A stretch of DNA of 64,000 nt from Acidimicrobiales bacterium (GTDB lineage Bacteria > Actinomycetota > Acidimicrobiia > Acidimicrobiales > SZUA-35). This document shows, piece after piece, positions 14,359-23,832 of the stretch. The notes beneath the pieces are model-generated. The model saw only the letters and a list, made by a program, of their open reading frames with translations. It was not told where the DNA came from and did not search any database. The stretch lies in the NCBI GenBank assembly GCA_965263455.1, contig CBDHHN010000002.1, positions 262,938-326,937 of the forward strand. The letters are read 5' to 3'. How positions within the stretch are numbered: position 1 is the stretch's first letter; each line of letters begins with the position of its first letter. A program made the translations under genes and the position numbers.

Positions 14359-14829
14359 TCACGGGTCGAGGCCGGCCAGGTCGGCCAGGTCGGCGGCCAG
14401 GGCCGGTCCCGTGCCCTCGGAGGCGATGGCCAGCAGTGTGTCGTCACCGGCCACGGTGCCCACCAGCAGGGGCAGGCCGGTCCGGTCGAGGGCGGAGGCC
14501 ACAACGTGGGCCGAACCCGGAGGGGTACGGAGGACGACCAGGTCGCCCGAACGGTCGATCTCGACCAACCACTCCCCCAGGACCCGCCGCAACGTGTCCT
14601 CGGGGGCGACCTGATCGGCCGGCAGCTCGGGGATGGCGTAGATCGAGGAGCCGCCGGGCGCCCGGACCTTGATCGCCCCCAGTTCCTCCAGGTCGCGCGA
14701 GACGGTGGCCTGGGTGGCCGAGATCCCGGCCGCGGCCAGCAACTCGACCAGCCGGGTCTGGCTGTTGACCGCCTCCTCGCCCAGGATCCGGGCGATGCGA
14801 TGCTGGCGTTGCGCCTTGGTCCCGGCCAT
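14359..14829 (-). CDS. argR: Arginine repressor.
   Basis: From the ATG at 14829 the protein reads [16 protein letters not shown]...[13 protein letters not shown] (winged-helix region). The C-terminal oligomerisation domain contains [10 protein letters not shown]. Confidence 0.9.
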   Translation of the reverse strand: MAGTKAQRQHRIARILGEEAVNSQTRLVELLAAAGISATQATVSRDLEELGAIKVRAPGGSSIYAIPELPADQVAPEDTLRRVLGEWLVEIDRSGDLVVLRTPPGSAHVVASALDRTGLPLLVGTVAGDDTLLAIASEGTGPALAADLADLAGLDP

Positions 14830-14851
14830 AGGTGTCGCTCGGAGCTCCGGC

Positions 14852-15742
14852 TCAGTCGTGAAGCCAGGCCAGGACGGCCCGGACCGCGTTGAGCCGGTTG
14901 GCGGCCTGGGACCACACCCGGCTGCGGGGACCGTCGATGACCGACGCCGCCACCTCCTCGCCGCGATGAGCCGGGAGGCAGTGGAGAAACACGGCATGGT
15001 CGGGGGCCGCCGCCAGCAGGGCGTCGTCGACCTGGAAGCCTTCGAACGCCTGCAGCCGCTCGGCCTTCTCGGTCTCCTGGCCCATCGAGGTCCAGACGTC
15101 GGTGTAGACGACGTCGGCCCCGTCGACGGCCTCGGCCGGTCGGTTCGACTGGTGGACGGTGACGCCGACGGCGGCCAACCGGTCGACGTCGACGGCCGGG
15201 AGCTCGTAGCCGGCCGGGCTGGCGATGCGGATCTCCCCGCCCAGAAAGCCGACGGCCAGCGCCAGCGACCGGGCCACGTTGTTGCCGTCGCCGACGTAGG
15301 TCACCACCCTGTCCTTCACCGAGCCCAGCTCGTCGTGGATGGTGACGGCGTCGGCGATGGCCTGCAGCGGATGGGCGGCGTCGGACAACAGGTTGACGAC
15401 CGGGGCCACGTTCAGGGCCGCCATCCGCTCCAGGTGGGTGTGGTCATGGACCCGGGCGCAGATGGTCGAGTGGTAGCAGGCCAGGGTTCGGGCCACGTCC
15501 TCGGCCGTCTCCCGGGTGTCGATGCCGATCTCCTCACCGGTGATGTAGACGGGATGGCCACCCAGCTGGACCACGGCCATCTCGGTCGAGTTTCGGGTCC
15601 GGGCCGAGGGCTTGGTGAACACACAGGCCACCCCTTGACCGAACAACGGCGTGCCCAGCTCGTCGGGGGGCATGGTCGCCAGTTCGCAGACCGCGGTGAA
15701 CTCGGCGGGGGTGAGATCGTCGATCTCGAGAAGGTGTCGCAC
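14852..15742 (-). CDS. argF: Ornithine carbamoyltransferase.
   Basis: It has an [11 protein letters not shown] carbamoyl-phosphate motif and [10 protein letters not shown]. It sits in the arg cluster between argD and argR. Confidence 0.9.
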   Translation of the reverse strand: MRHLLEIDDLTPAEFTAVCELATMPPDELGTPLFGQGVACVFTKPSARTRNSTEMAVVQLGGHPVYITGEEIGIDTRETAEDVARTLACYHSTICARVHDHTHLERMAALNVAPVVNLLSDAAHPLQAIADAVTIHDELGSVKDRVVTYVGDGNNVARSLALAVGFLGGEIRIASPAGYELPAVDVDRLAAVGVTVHQSNRPAEAVDGADVVYTDVWTSMGQETEKAERLQAFEGFQVDDALLAAAPDHAVFLHCLPAHRGEEVAASVIDGPRSRVWSQAANRLNAVRAVLAWLHD

Positions 15743-15748
15743 CGGTCG

Positions 15749-16966
15749 CTACTCCTGCAGCTCGTCGAGGATGGGACCGAGGATGGATACCGCTTCGGCG
15801 ACCTCGGCGTCGCCGATGATAAGGGGCGGGGCCAGACGGATGGCGGTGGGGGTGACGCCGTTCACCACCAGCCCCTCCTCCAGGCATCGAGCGGCGGCCG
15901 CCGGGGCGTTGACCCCCTGGAGTTCGACCGCCAACAACAGGCCAAGCCCACGCACGCCCGTGACCTGGGGCAACGCCAGCATTGCCGCCGTCAGCTTCTC
16001 GCCGGTGGCCCGGGCCAGACCGGGGGCGTCGATGGAGACCATGGTGTCGAGCACGGCCCGGGCCGCTGCCGTGGCCAGTGGCTGGCCCCCGTAGGTGGTG
16101 GCGTGGTCGCCGGGCTGGAACGATGCGGCGACTTCGCGCTTGGCCCAGCACGCCCCGATCGGCATGCCGTTGCCCAGGGCCTTGGCCAGCGAGATGACAT
16201 CGGGTGACACCCCGAAGTGCTGAAAGCCGAACCAACGCCCGGTGCGGCCGAGACCGGTCTGGACCTCGTCGACCATGAACAGGATGCCCCGCTCCCGACA
16301 CAGGGCCTCGACGCCCTGGAAGTACTCGACGGTGGCCGGGTTTACCCCGCCCTCACCCTGGACCGGCTCCAGCAGAACGGCGCCCACGGTCTCGTCGAGG
16401 TTCTTCTCCAGCTCGTCGAGGTCGTCCCAGATCACGTGGCGGAAGCCCTCGGGCAGGGGTTGGAAGGCATCCCACTTCTGGGGCTGGCCGGTGGCGGCCA
16501 GCGTGGCCAGGGTCCGGCCGTGGAAGCTCTGGAAGGCACAGACGATGGTGTGTCGGCCGGGGCCGCCGTGGCGGCGGGCCAGCTTGATCGTGGCCTCGTT
16601 GGCCTCGGCCCCCGAGTTGCAGAAGAACACCTGGCCCCCGGCGGGTTCGCCGTCGCCCACCAGGTGGTCGATCTGTTGGGCCACGGCCCAGTTGTGCTCG
16701 GTGGCGAACAGGTTCGACACGTGCAGCAGACGCTTGGCCTGCTCGGCCACCGCCTCGGCCACCACCGGATGGGCGTGCCCGAGGCTGGTCACGGCCAGCC
16801 CGGACAGGAAGTCGAGGTAGCGCTTGCCCTGCAGGTCCCAGAGCTGGGCTCCCTCACCCCGCACGAACTGGACCTTGGGCGGACCGTAGGTCGGCATCAG
16901 GGGGCAATGGGTCAGGCCATCGGGGGCGCCCATGGCGCCGCGGTGATCGGTGGTGACGGTGGTCAT
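15749..16966 (-). CDS. argD: Acetylornithine aminotransferase.
   Basis: It is a class III PLP aminotransferase (FCNSGAEANE, DEVQTGLGRTG, ISLAKALGNG) in the arg cluster. The exact start is uncertain. Confidence 0.9.
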   Translation of the reverse strand: MTTVTTDHRGAMGAPDGLTHCPLMPTYGPPKVQFVRGEGAQLWDLQGKRYLDFLSGLAVTSLGHAHPVVAEAVAEQAKRLLHVSNLFATEHNWAVAQQIDHLVGDGEPAGGQVFFCNSGAEANEATIKLARRHGGPGRHTIVCAFQSFHGRTLATLAATGQPQKWDAFQPLPEGFRHVIWDDLDELEKNLDETVGAVLLEPVQGEGGVNPATVEYFQGVEALCRERGILFMVDEVQTGLGRTGRWFGFQHFGVSPDVISLAKALGNGMPIGACWAKREVAASFQPGDHATTYGGQPLATAAARAVLDTMVSIDAPGLARATGEKLTAAMLALPQVTGVRGLGLLLAVELQGVNAPAAAARCLEEGLVVNGVTPTAIRLAPPLIIGDAEVAEAVSILGPILDELQE

Positions 16967-17019
16967 TGGAGGACCTCGGGAGGGTTGCGGAGATGGACGG
17001 TCGGTTGTCGGTCGGCCGG

Positions 17020-17940
17020 TCAGGTCGGCGGGTCGGTGGCGGGTGCCCGGTCGGGGCCTGAATTGATCATGGTGCCGATGCCGGCGTCGGTGAACAGCTC
17101 GAGCAGCAGGACATGGGGTCGTCGACCGTCGAGCATGTGGGCGCTGGCGGCGCCGGCCTCGACCGCCTCGATGCAGGATCTGACCTTGGGCACCATGCCA
17201 CCCGAGATGGTGCCGTCGTCGATGCGGTCCCGGAGCTCGGCCACCGTGGTGCGCCGGATCAGGCTGTCGGGATCGTCGACGTCGGCCAGCAGTCCGGGGA
17301 CGTCGGTCAGGTAGACCACCTTCTCTGCCCCCAGAGCTCCGCCCAGGGCTCCGGCCACGGTGTCGGCGTTGATGTTGAGGGCCTGACCCGTGCGGTCGGC
17401 CCCGATGGACGACACCACCGGGATCAGGTCCTCGGCCAGGAGCCGCTCGATGATGGCGGGATTGACGGCGTCGATCCGACCCACGAACCCGAGCTCGGGG
17501 TCGGCGATCTCGGCCCGGATCAGGCCGCCGTCCTCCCCCGAAAGGCCGACGGCATAGGCCCCGTGGATGTTGATCTGACCCACGATGTCGCGGCCCACCT
17601 TGCCGACCAGGACCATGCGGGCCACGTCGAGGGTCTCGGCGTCGGTGACCCGGAGGCCGTTGCGGAACTCGGAGACCTTGCCCAGTCGGCCGAGCAGTTC
17701 ACCGATCTGGGGCCCGCCACCGTGGACCACGACGGGCTTGATCCCGACCGAGCGGAGCATGACCAGGTCCTGGGCGAAGGTACGGGACAGGTCGGGATCG
17801 ACCATGGCGTTGCCCCCGAACTTGACCACCAGGATCGAACCCCGGAACCGCTGGATGTACGGGAGGGCCTCGACCAGGGCCTCGGTCCTGGCCTCGGGCG
17901 AGTAGCCGGGGACCGGCGACGACGGCTGGGGCGCGGTCAT
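17020..17940 (-). CDS. argB: Acetylglutamate kinase.
   Basis: From the ATG at 17940 (overlapping the argJ stop, ATGA) the sequence has ...LVVKFGGNAM...VVVHGGGPQI. The rest of the 661-aa ORF upstream is not ArgB-like. Confidence 0.9.
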   Translation of the reverse strand: MTAPQPSSPVPGYSPEARTEALVEALPYIQRFRGSILVVKFGGNAMVDPDLSRTFAQDLVMLRSVGIKPVVVHGGGPQIGELLGRLGKVSEFRNGLRVTDAETLDVARMVLVGKVGRDIVGQINIHGAYAVGLSGEDGGLIRAEIADPELGFVGRIDAVNPAIIERLLAEDLIPVVSSIGADRTGQALNINADTVAGALGGALGAEKVVYLTDVPGLLADVDDPDSLIRRTTVAELRDRIDDGTISGGMVPKVRSCIEAVEAGAASAHMLDGRRPHVLLLELFTDAGIGTMINSGPDRAPATDPPT

Positions 17941-19175
17941 GACCGGTAGCCGGCGTTGATCTCGATGTAGCCGTGGGTCAGATCGCAGGTCCAGACGGTG
18001 GCCTGCCCCTCCCCCACCCCGACGTCGACCGACAACCGCACCTCGTCCCCCTGCAGGTGTTCGGTGGCCCGGGCCTCCGAGTAGCCGTCGAGCACCATGC
18101 CGGCCTCGGTGACGGGCTCGTCGCCGATGGTGATGGCCAGCCGGTCCCGATCGGCCCGCTGACCCGCCTTGCCCACCGCCATGACGATGCGACCCCAGTT
18201 GGCGTCCGAGGCTGCGAGGGCCGTCTTGACCAGAGGGGAGTTGGCGATGGCCAGGGCGATGGCCTTGGCCCCGGTGTCGTGCTCGGCCCCGGTGACGGTG
18301 ACGGTGACGAACTTGGTGGCCCCCTCGCCGTCGCGGACGATCTGGTGGGCCAGGTCGAGGTTGACGGCGTCGAGCGCCGCCACCAGGGCCGACCAGCCCG
18401 GCGATTCGGGTCCCTCGATCACGGGGTTGGCGGCCCGGCCGGTGGCGAAGGCCAGCACGGTGTCGCTGGTGGAGGTGTCGGAGTCGACCGTGATGCGGTT
18501 GTAGCTGTGCTCGACCGCACCCGACAGCGCCTCCTGGAGGGCGCCGGCGGTGACGGCCAGGTCGGTGAACACGAACCCGAGCATGGTGGCCATGTCGGGG
18601 GCGATCATCCCGCTGCCCTTGGCGATGCCCGAGACCACCCCCAGGGTCGAGCCGTCGTCGGCCATGACGGTGGCCCCGGCCCCCTTGGGGTAGGTGTCGG
18701 TGGTGCGGATGGCGTCGGCGGCCTGTTCCCAGGTGGCTTCCGGGCCGCCGGCCAGAGCGGGCAGCGCCGTCCGGAGGGCGGCCGGGTCGAGGGTCTCGCC
18801 GATGACGCCGGTCGAGGCCAGGAACACCTCGCGAGGCGAGCAGCCCAGGGCGGCGGCGATGGTCTCGGCCGTGAGTTCGGCCGCGGTGTCGCCGGCGCGG
18901 CCGGTGAAGGCGTTGGCGTTGCCGGCGTTGCAGACCACGGCCCGCGCCGAGCCGTCGCCCCCGGCCAACAGCGACCGGCACCACTCGACCGGGGCCGACG
19001 GGCACAGCGAGCGGGTGAAGGTCCCGGCCACCGTGGTCCCGGGGTCGAGGGCGGCCAGGAAGAGGTCGGCCCGGTTGGCATAGGTGAGGCCGGCGGCGTG
19101 GGCGGCGAGGCGGACCCCGGCCACGGGCGCCAGCGTGGGGAAGGCGGCGGGAGCGAGCGGTGAGCGGACGGTCAC
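17937..19175 (-). CDS. argJ: Bifunctional ornithine acetyltransferase / N-acetylglutamate synthase.
   Basis: The sequence has GVRLAAHAAGL...VCNAGNANAFTG...ATMLGFVFTD (autoprocessing site) and ends TCDLTHGYIEINAGYRS. The GTG at 19175 overlaps the argC stop (GTGA). Confidence 0.9.
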   Translation of the reverse strand: MTVRSPLAPAAFPTLAPVAGVRLAAHAAGLTYANRADLFLAALDPGTTVAGTFTRSLCPSAPVEWCRSLLAGGDGSARAVVCNAGNANAFTGRAGDTAAELTAETIAAALGCSPREVFLASTGVIGETLDPAALRTALPALAGGPEATWEQAADAIRTTDTYPKGAGATVMADDGSTLGVVSGIAKGSGMIAPDMATMLGFVFTDLAVTAGALQEALSGAVEHSYNRITVDSDTSTSDTVLAFATGRAANPVIEGPESPGWSALVAALDAVNLDLAHQIVRDGEGATKFVTVTVTGAEHDTGAKAIALAIANSPLVKTALAASDANWGRIVMAVGKAGQRADRDRLAITIGDEPVTEAGMVLDGYSEARATEHLQGDEVRLSVDVGVGEGQATVWTCDLTHGYIEINAGYRS

Positions 19176-20233
19176 GGGTACACCCCCACCAGACCCAGGC
19201 CCGCCGTCTCGGGCAGGCCGACGGCCAGGTTGGCGCACTGGACCGCCATACCGGACGCCCCCTTCATCAGGTTGTCGAGTGCGCCGATGCCCATGATCAT
19301 CCCCGTCCGGGGGTCCACCCGGGCCGTGAGGTGGACGGCGTTGGAGCCGAGGGTGGCCTTGGTCGAGGGACTGCGCTCGCTCACCACCACGAAGGGCTCG
19401 TCCTCGTAGAAGTCGGCCATGGCCGCCAACACGTCGTCGGTGGTTGCGTCGGCCCCCATGTCGCTGGGCCGTCCGTAGCAGGTGGCGAGGATGCCCCGGT
19501 TCATGGGCACCAGGTGGGGGGTGAACAGCACGCTCGGGTGCTGTCCGGTCCGCTCGGCCAGGGCCTGCTCGATCTCGGGCGTGTGGCGGTGGGTCAACAG
19601 CCCGTAGGCGGTGACATCCTCGTCGACGGTGCAGAAGGTGGTGTTGGGCTTGGGTGGCCGGCCCGCACCGCTGACCCCGGTGATCAGGTCGACCACGATG
19701 CCGTCGGGCTCGATCATCTCGGCATCGAGCAGGGGGGCCAGGGTCAGGGCGGCGGTGGCGGCATTGCACCCGGTGGCGGCGATCAGCGAGGCACCCTCGA
19801 TCTCGGCCCGGAACAGTTCGGGCAGGCCGTACACCGCCTCGTCCAGCAACTCGGGACAGGTGTGCTCGGCGCCGTACCACTCGGGGTACAGCCCGGCGTC
19901 GTGGAGGCGGAAGTCGGAGCCGAGGTCGATGACGTGGCCGACCCGATCCCGGAACTCGGGCACCACGCCCATCGACACCCCGTGGGGCAGCCCGCAGAAG
20001 ACCACGTCCAAGCCGTCGAGGGCGCCGGGGTCGTACCGGTCGAAGGTGCGCTCCCCGTAGGCCAGGGCCAGGCTGGGGTACAGGTCGGCCAGCCGGGTGC
20101 CGGCCTGGCTGTCGCCGGTGGCGACCGCCAGGTCGAAGTTCGGGTGGCCGGCGAGGAGCCGGAGCAACTCGGCCCCGGTGTAGCCCGAGGCGCCGACGAT
20201 GCCCACCCGGTACCTGGGGTCTGAGGCGGTCAT
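19172..20233 (-). CDS. argC: N-acetyl-gamma-glutamyl-phosphate reductase.
   Basis: From the ATG at 20233 the protein reads MTASDPRYRVGIVGASGYTGAELLRLL. The active-site region is ATGCNATAA. Confidence 0.9.
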   Translation of the reverse strand: MTASDPRYRVGIVGASGYTGAELLRLLAGHPNFDLAVATGDSQAGTRLADLYPSLALAYGERTFDRYDPGALDGLDVVFCGLPHGVSMGVVPEFRDRVGHVIDLGSDFRLHDAGLYPEWYGAEHTCPELLDEAVYGLPELFRAEIEGASLIAATGCNAATAALTLAPLLDAEMIEPDGIVVDLITGVSGAGRPPKPNTTFCTVDEDVTAYGLLTHRHTPEIEQALAERTGQHPSVLFTPHLVPMNRGILATCYGRPSDMGADATTDDVLAAMADFYEDEPFVVVSERSPSTKATLGSNAVHLTARVDPRTGMIMGIGALDNLMKGASGMAVQCANLAVGLPETAGLGLVGVYP

Positions 20234-20284
20234 GGCCGGGCTCCCGTCGGCAGGATCGGGGCCGGTGAGGGCAGCGGGATCATG

Positions 20285-20318
20285 TGCGAAAACATACAGA
20301 AACACTGATAGTTATGCA
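20285..20318 (-). promoter_or_regulatory. Candidate tandem ARG boxes (ArgR operator) upstream of argC.
   Basis: This is the only AT-rich island in the argC upstream region. The minus strand reads TGCATAACTATCAG-N6-TGTATGTTTTCGCA: two TGNAT-N4-ANNCA-like half-palindromes whose starts are 20 bp apart. They lie 52-85 nt upstream of the argC ATG. Confidence 0.5.
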
Positions 20319-20421
20319 AGGGATTGTCGTCGGCTTCCCGACTTGACGCTCACCCCGGGGCTCCGAGGACCATGGTGGCCGGGCACCGACCCCGTTCGGT
20401 GCCCCAGAAGGGGGATCTCCG

Positions 20422-21255
20422 ATGAGCACGCCGCTACCAGACATCGAGTTGGTGGCCTTCAACACGGCCACCGCGAGCGAGAACAAGATCCACGACGACG
20501 AGGTGGCCGGCAAGCTCGGCTTCGGCGGCGGCCTGGTGCCCGGAGTCGACGTCTACGCCTACCTGGTCCGGCCGGCCCTGAACCACTGGGGCGCCGCCTT
20601 CCACACCGGTGGCGAGGTCGAGGTCCGCCTCGACGCCCCGGTCTACGACGGCGAGACGGTCGTGGTCCGGTCGGCCGTCGACGACGCCGGGGTGCTGACG
20701 GCCACCGTGTGGAGTCGGGACGCGGCCTGCGCCACCCTCGTCGGGCGCCTCGCCGACGGGCACCCGACGCCCCCCGAGGTGGGCGAGGCACCGGTCCCGG
20801 CCCTGGACGATCGGCCGCCGGCCGATCCCGAGCAGGTGGTCGAGGGGCGCATCCTGGGCACCGTGATCAGCACCCTCGACGACGAAGGGTCCCGGATCTA
20901 CCTCGACGAGGTCCGCGATCCGGACAGTCCGGTGGTGGCCGACCGGCTCGTGCACCCCGGCTGGCTCCTGCGGCACGCCAACCATTCCCTGTCCCACACG
21001 GTGTTGCTGGGGCCCTGGATCCACGTCGGGTCGGTGGTCCGCCATCACCGGCCGCTCCCCCTGGGTTCGGAACTGCGGACCCGGGGCCGCATCACCCGGG
21101 CCTTCGAGCGCAAGGGTCACCGGTTCGTGAACCTCGATGTGGTCCTGATCGACGGCACCGCCTCGGCCGCCGGCCGCGGTCCGGACCCGGTGGTGGTTGC
21201 CACCGTGGAACACACCGCCATCGTGGAGCCCCGGCAGGTCCGGACCGACCACTGA
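20422..21255 (+). CDS. MaoC-like (hotdog-fold) dehydratase family protein.
   Basis: The N-terminal ENKIHDDEVAGKLGFGGGLVPG resembles the MaoC NxIHxD...GFxxxIxHG block. At 277 aa it is consistent with a double hotdog. Confidence 0.55.
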   Translation: MSTPLPDIELVAFNTATASENKIHDDEVAGKLGFGGGLVPGVDVYAYLVRPALNHWGAAFHTGGEVEVRLDAPVYDGETVVVRSAVDDAGVLTATVWSRDAACATLVGRLADGHPTPPEVGEAPVPALDDRPPADPEQVVEGRILGTVISTLDDEGSRIYLDEVRDPDSPVVADRLVHPGWLLRHANHSLSHTVLLGPWIHVGSVVRHHRPLPLGSELRTRGRITRAFERKGHRFVNLDVVLIDGTASAAGRGPDPVVVATVEHTAIVEPRQVRTDH

Positions 21256-21327
21256 CGGCGGTCGCCACCATGCGCCGAGCCGAACGAACCGCACCCGACG
21301 AGAAAAATCACCTGGTTCAACGCGAGG

Positions 21328-22002
21328 ATGCCCGTCAGCCACGCGCCGTTCGGCTACCATTCATATCCCGTGAGCCTCGTGATCGGGATCTGCGGCGGAA
21401 GTGGTTCGGGAAAGACCACATTGGCCAGACGGGTGGCCGCCGGGCTCGATGATCGACACGGCCAAGGCACGGCCACGGTACTCAGCTTCGACGCCTATTA
21501 CCGGGACCTTCGGCACCTTTCCCCGGACGAGCGGGCCGAGGTCAACTACGACCACCCCGACTCCCTCGACGGTGACCTGCTCGGGCTCCACCTCCAGGCC
21601 CTCCGCGCCGGGCAGGAGGCCGCCGTCCCGGTCTACGACTTCGCCACCCACAGCAGGACCGACGACGTCCGTCTGGTGGCCCCGACCGATGTGGTCGTGG
21701 TCGAGGGCATCCTGCTCTTCGCCTTCGCCTCGGTTCGGGACCAACTCGACCTCTCGGTGTTCCGGCAGTGCCCCGAGCCGATCCGGTTCGCCCGACGCCT
21801 GCGACGGGACCAGCGGGACCGGGGCCGGACTGAGGCCTCGGTGCGGGCCCAGTTCGCCGCCACGGTGAAGCCCATGCACGACGAGTTCGTCGACCCCTTC
21901 GCCCCCTGCGCCGACGTGACCACCGTCCACGGCGAGGAGCTGGACCTGGTCACCGACCGGGTGCTGAGCCGGGTGGACGGCCTGGCCCTCGCCGTCGGCT
22001 GA
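21328..22002 (+). CDS. udk: Uridine kinase.
   Basis: It has a P-loop (IGICGGSGSGKTT) plus DAYYRD, NYDHPDS, VPVYDF and VVVEGIL blocks. Confidence 0.85.
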   Translation: MPVSHAPFGYHSYPVSLVIGICGGSGSGKTTLARRVAAGLDDRHGQGTATVLSFDAYYRDLRHLSPDERAEVNYDHPDSLDGDLLGLHLQALRAGQEAAVPVYDFATHSRTDDVRLVAPTDVVVVEGILLFAFASVRDQLDLSVFRQCPEPIRFARRLRRDQRDRGRTEASVRAQFAATVKPMHDEFVDPFAPCADVTTVHGEELDLVTDRVLSRVDGLALAVG

Positions 22003-22102
22003 GCGACGACGAGGGCCCGAGCGGGCGCCGGGTTCCCGGCGGCACGAACCGAACGGGTCGGCCGGGCGTCACCACCCGACCGGTCTCCGGTCCACGGACC
22101 GG

Positions 22103-23671
22103 CTACTGGTCACCGCCATCGACATCAGGGGCCGTGCTGCCGGTGGCGCCCGTCGTCACCGGTTCCGATGGCGACGACGGTGACGACGAACCCGCCCCGG
22201 GCGGGGGCGGAACGGCGCCGCCGAAGGAAGGTCCCGCCACGGGCGGAGGCGGTGTGGGCCGGCTCGGCAGCAGGCGACGAAGGCGACGGAGGCCCCACCA
22301 GGCGCCGACGATGAACGGAACCAGGATCAACAGCGGCAGAACGAAGCCGAGGATGACCCAGAACGCCGTCCACAGCCCCCGGAGGATGCCGACGGCGGCA
22401 TCGAAGCCGTCGCTGAAACCGGGATCACGGTCGGGCTCGAAGGTCCGGAGCCGGTAGCTGACCTGGGTGCTGACCGAGGGACCGGCCGGTTCGGCCGTCA
22501 CCCCGTCGGTGGGCACGGCCGTCACCCGGGGGCGCAGGCCGAGGGTCCGTGCCGGCCGGGCCTCGAAGGCGACCAGGGCGGCCTGCCCCGGAGCCAACTC
22601 GTCCAGGGTGCCGAAGACCTCGATCAGCTCGGTCTCGGCATCGATCTCGAGGACGGTGTCGGTCAGGGTCACGGCGGTCAGGGTCTGATCCCCGGTGTTG
22701 GTGATGTCGAAGCACACGGTGGCCGGCCGGTCGGCCTCGACCGAGATCTCCTCCCGGCCGGGGCAGGTCTGGCCGTCGTCGTGGCCCTCGTAGACGCTCA
22801 CTCGCAGCTCGATGGCGTTGTCGACCCGGTCCTGGGTCAGTGTCAGGGTGATGGTGGCCAGGTCGACCCGGTCCTCCAGGGTTCGGAGCTGACCCCGCAT
22901 GATCTCGAGCTCGCTCTCCCGGGCCAGCAGGAGCCGCTCCAGCTCGGCGTAGTCCTCCAGGGTGGCGGCGCCCTCCAGGGCGGCCCGCAAACGCTGGACG
23001 CCGAGGTCGGCCACCTCGATACGGCTCTCCAGGTCGACGATGCGCTCGGTCACGTCGTCGGTGGTGACGATCTGGTTTCGCAGCTCGCCCACCGAGCCCA
23101 GCTCCTCGAGGGCCCGGTTGAAGTCGTCGGGCAGGATCTTGAACGTCAGGCGGGACACCGGCTGGGCCCCACCCTGGGTGTCCTGGCCGAACACGAAGCC
23201 GCCAAGGCCCTCGATGATCGAGGTGGCCTCGGCCCCCGCCGCGGCCACATCGTCGACCTCCACGGTGAGATCGGCGGTGAAGATGAGCTTGCGGCCCAGG
23301 TCGGCCGCCGTGGGCGTGACGGCGGCACCGCCGGTCCCCAGTTCGGCCCCGTCGGCCTCGGCGGCGTCGGCACTGGTCGGCTCCCCGGCCACGGCGTCGT
23401 CCGCGACGCCGTCATCCGTAGCGGCGATGGTGGTTTCCGGGGCCTGGGTCCCGGCGGCCTCGACTTCGGCATCCTCGGTCGCAAAGTCGCCGTCCGAGGC
23501 GTCCTCCGACTCCTCGGAAGAGGTGTCCTCGTCGTCGCTGCTCCCGCAGGCGGCGGCCACGAGGGCCAGCACCAGGGTCAGCGCCAGCAGAAGGCGGAAC
23601 CGGGGGCGTTCGTCCGCTCCCGGGCCCGGCCGCCGTCGGCGGGAATGGTCGGTGTGGAGCCGCTGGCTCAT
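22103..23671 (-). CDS. Putative lipoprotein, DUF4349-like, with an extra beta-rich insert, a C-terminal TM segment and a Pro-rich tail.
   Basis: It has a signal peptide ending LVAAAC (lipobox-like), an acidic low-complexity linker, and a coiled-coil region (ERIVDLESRIEVADLGVQRLRAAL...ELEIMRGQLRTLEDRV). The hydrophobic segment is LWTAFWVILGFVLPLLILVPFIVGAWW. Confidence 0.6.
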   Translation of the reverse strand: MSQRLHTDHSRRRRPGPGADERPRFRLLLALTLVLALVAAACGSSDDEDTSSEESEDASDGDFATEDAEVEAAGTQAPETTIAATDDGVADDAVAGEPTSADAAEADGAELGTGGAAVTPTAADLGRKLIFTADLTVEVDDVAAAGAEATSIIEGLGGFVFGQDTQGGAQPVSRLTFKILPDDFNRALEELGSVGELRNQIVTTDDVTERIVDLESRIEVADLGVQRLRAALEGAATLEDYAELERLLLARESELEIMRGQLRTLEDRVDLATITLTLTQDRVDNAIELRVSVYEGHDDGQTCPGREEISVEADRPATVCFDITNTGDQTLTAVTLTDTVLEIDAETELIEVFGTLDELAPGQAALVAFEARPARTLGLRPRVTAVPTDGVTAEPAGPSVSTQVSYRLRTFEPDRDPGFSDGFDAAVGILRGLWTAFWVILGFVLPLLILVPFIVGAWWGLRRLRRLLPSRPTPPPPVAGPSFGGAVPPPPGAGSSSPSSPSEPVTTGATGSTAPDVDGGDQ

Positions 23672-23832
23672 GATGGTCCCTCCCTGCTGTGGCCGGTCCC
23701 TCCGACCCGTCCACTCCGACGCATCATCCCTGTGGCCGGTTCCCGGCGGAACCCCTCGTCATCTGATCGCAACCGTCCCGACCCCGAACCACGGCGCGAC
23801 CGCAACGGCGGGGACGGAACGGTGGACCGGCC

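Noticed and set aside
17020-19880. Very long ORFs (661 aa at 17020..19005 and 647 aa at 17937..19880). The same applies to 11604..13328, 37446..39818, 62065..63873 and 31551..33686.
   Set aside because: The N-terminal extensions are Arg/Pro/Gly-rich read-through of the upstream gene in another frame, which is typical of GC-rich DNA with few stops. Homology-like sequence begins at start codons that overlap the upstream stop.
23674-23747. An imperfect direct repeat (tccctgCTGtggccggtccc / tccctgtggccggttccc) upstream of the DUF4349-like gene.
   Set aside because: It is only about 17 matching positions of GC-rich sequence with an indel, so it cannot be distinguished from chance by eye.
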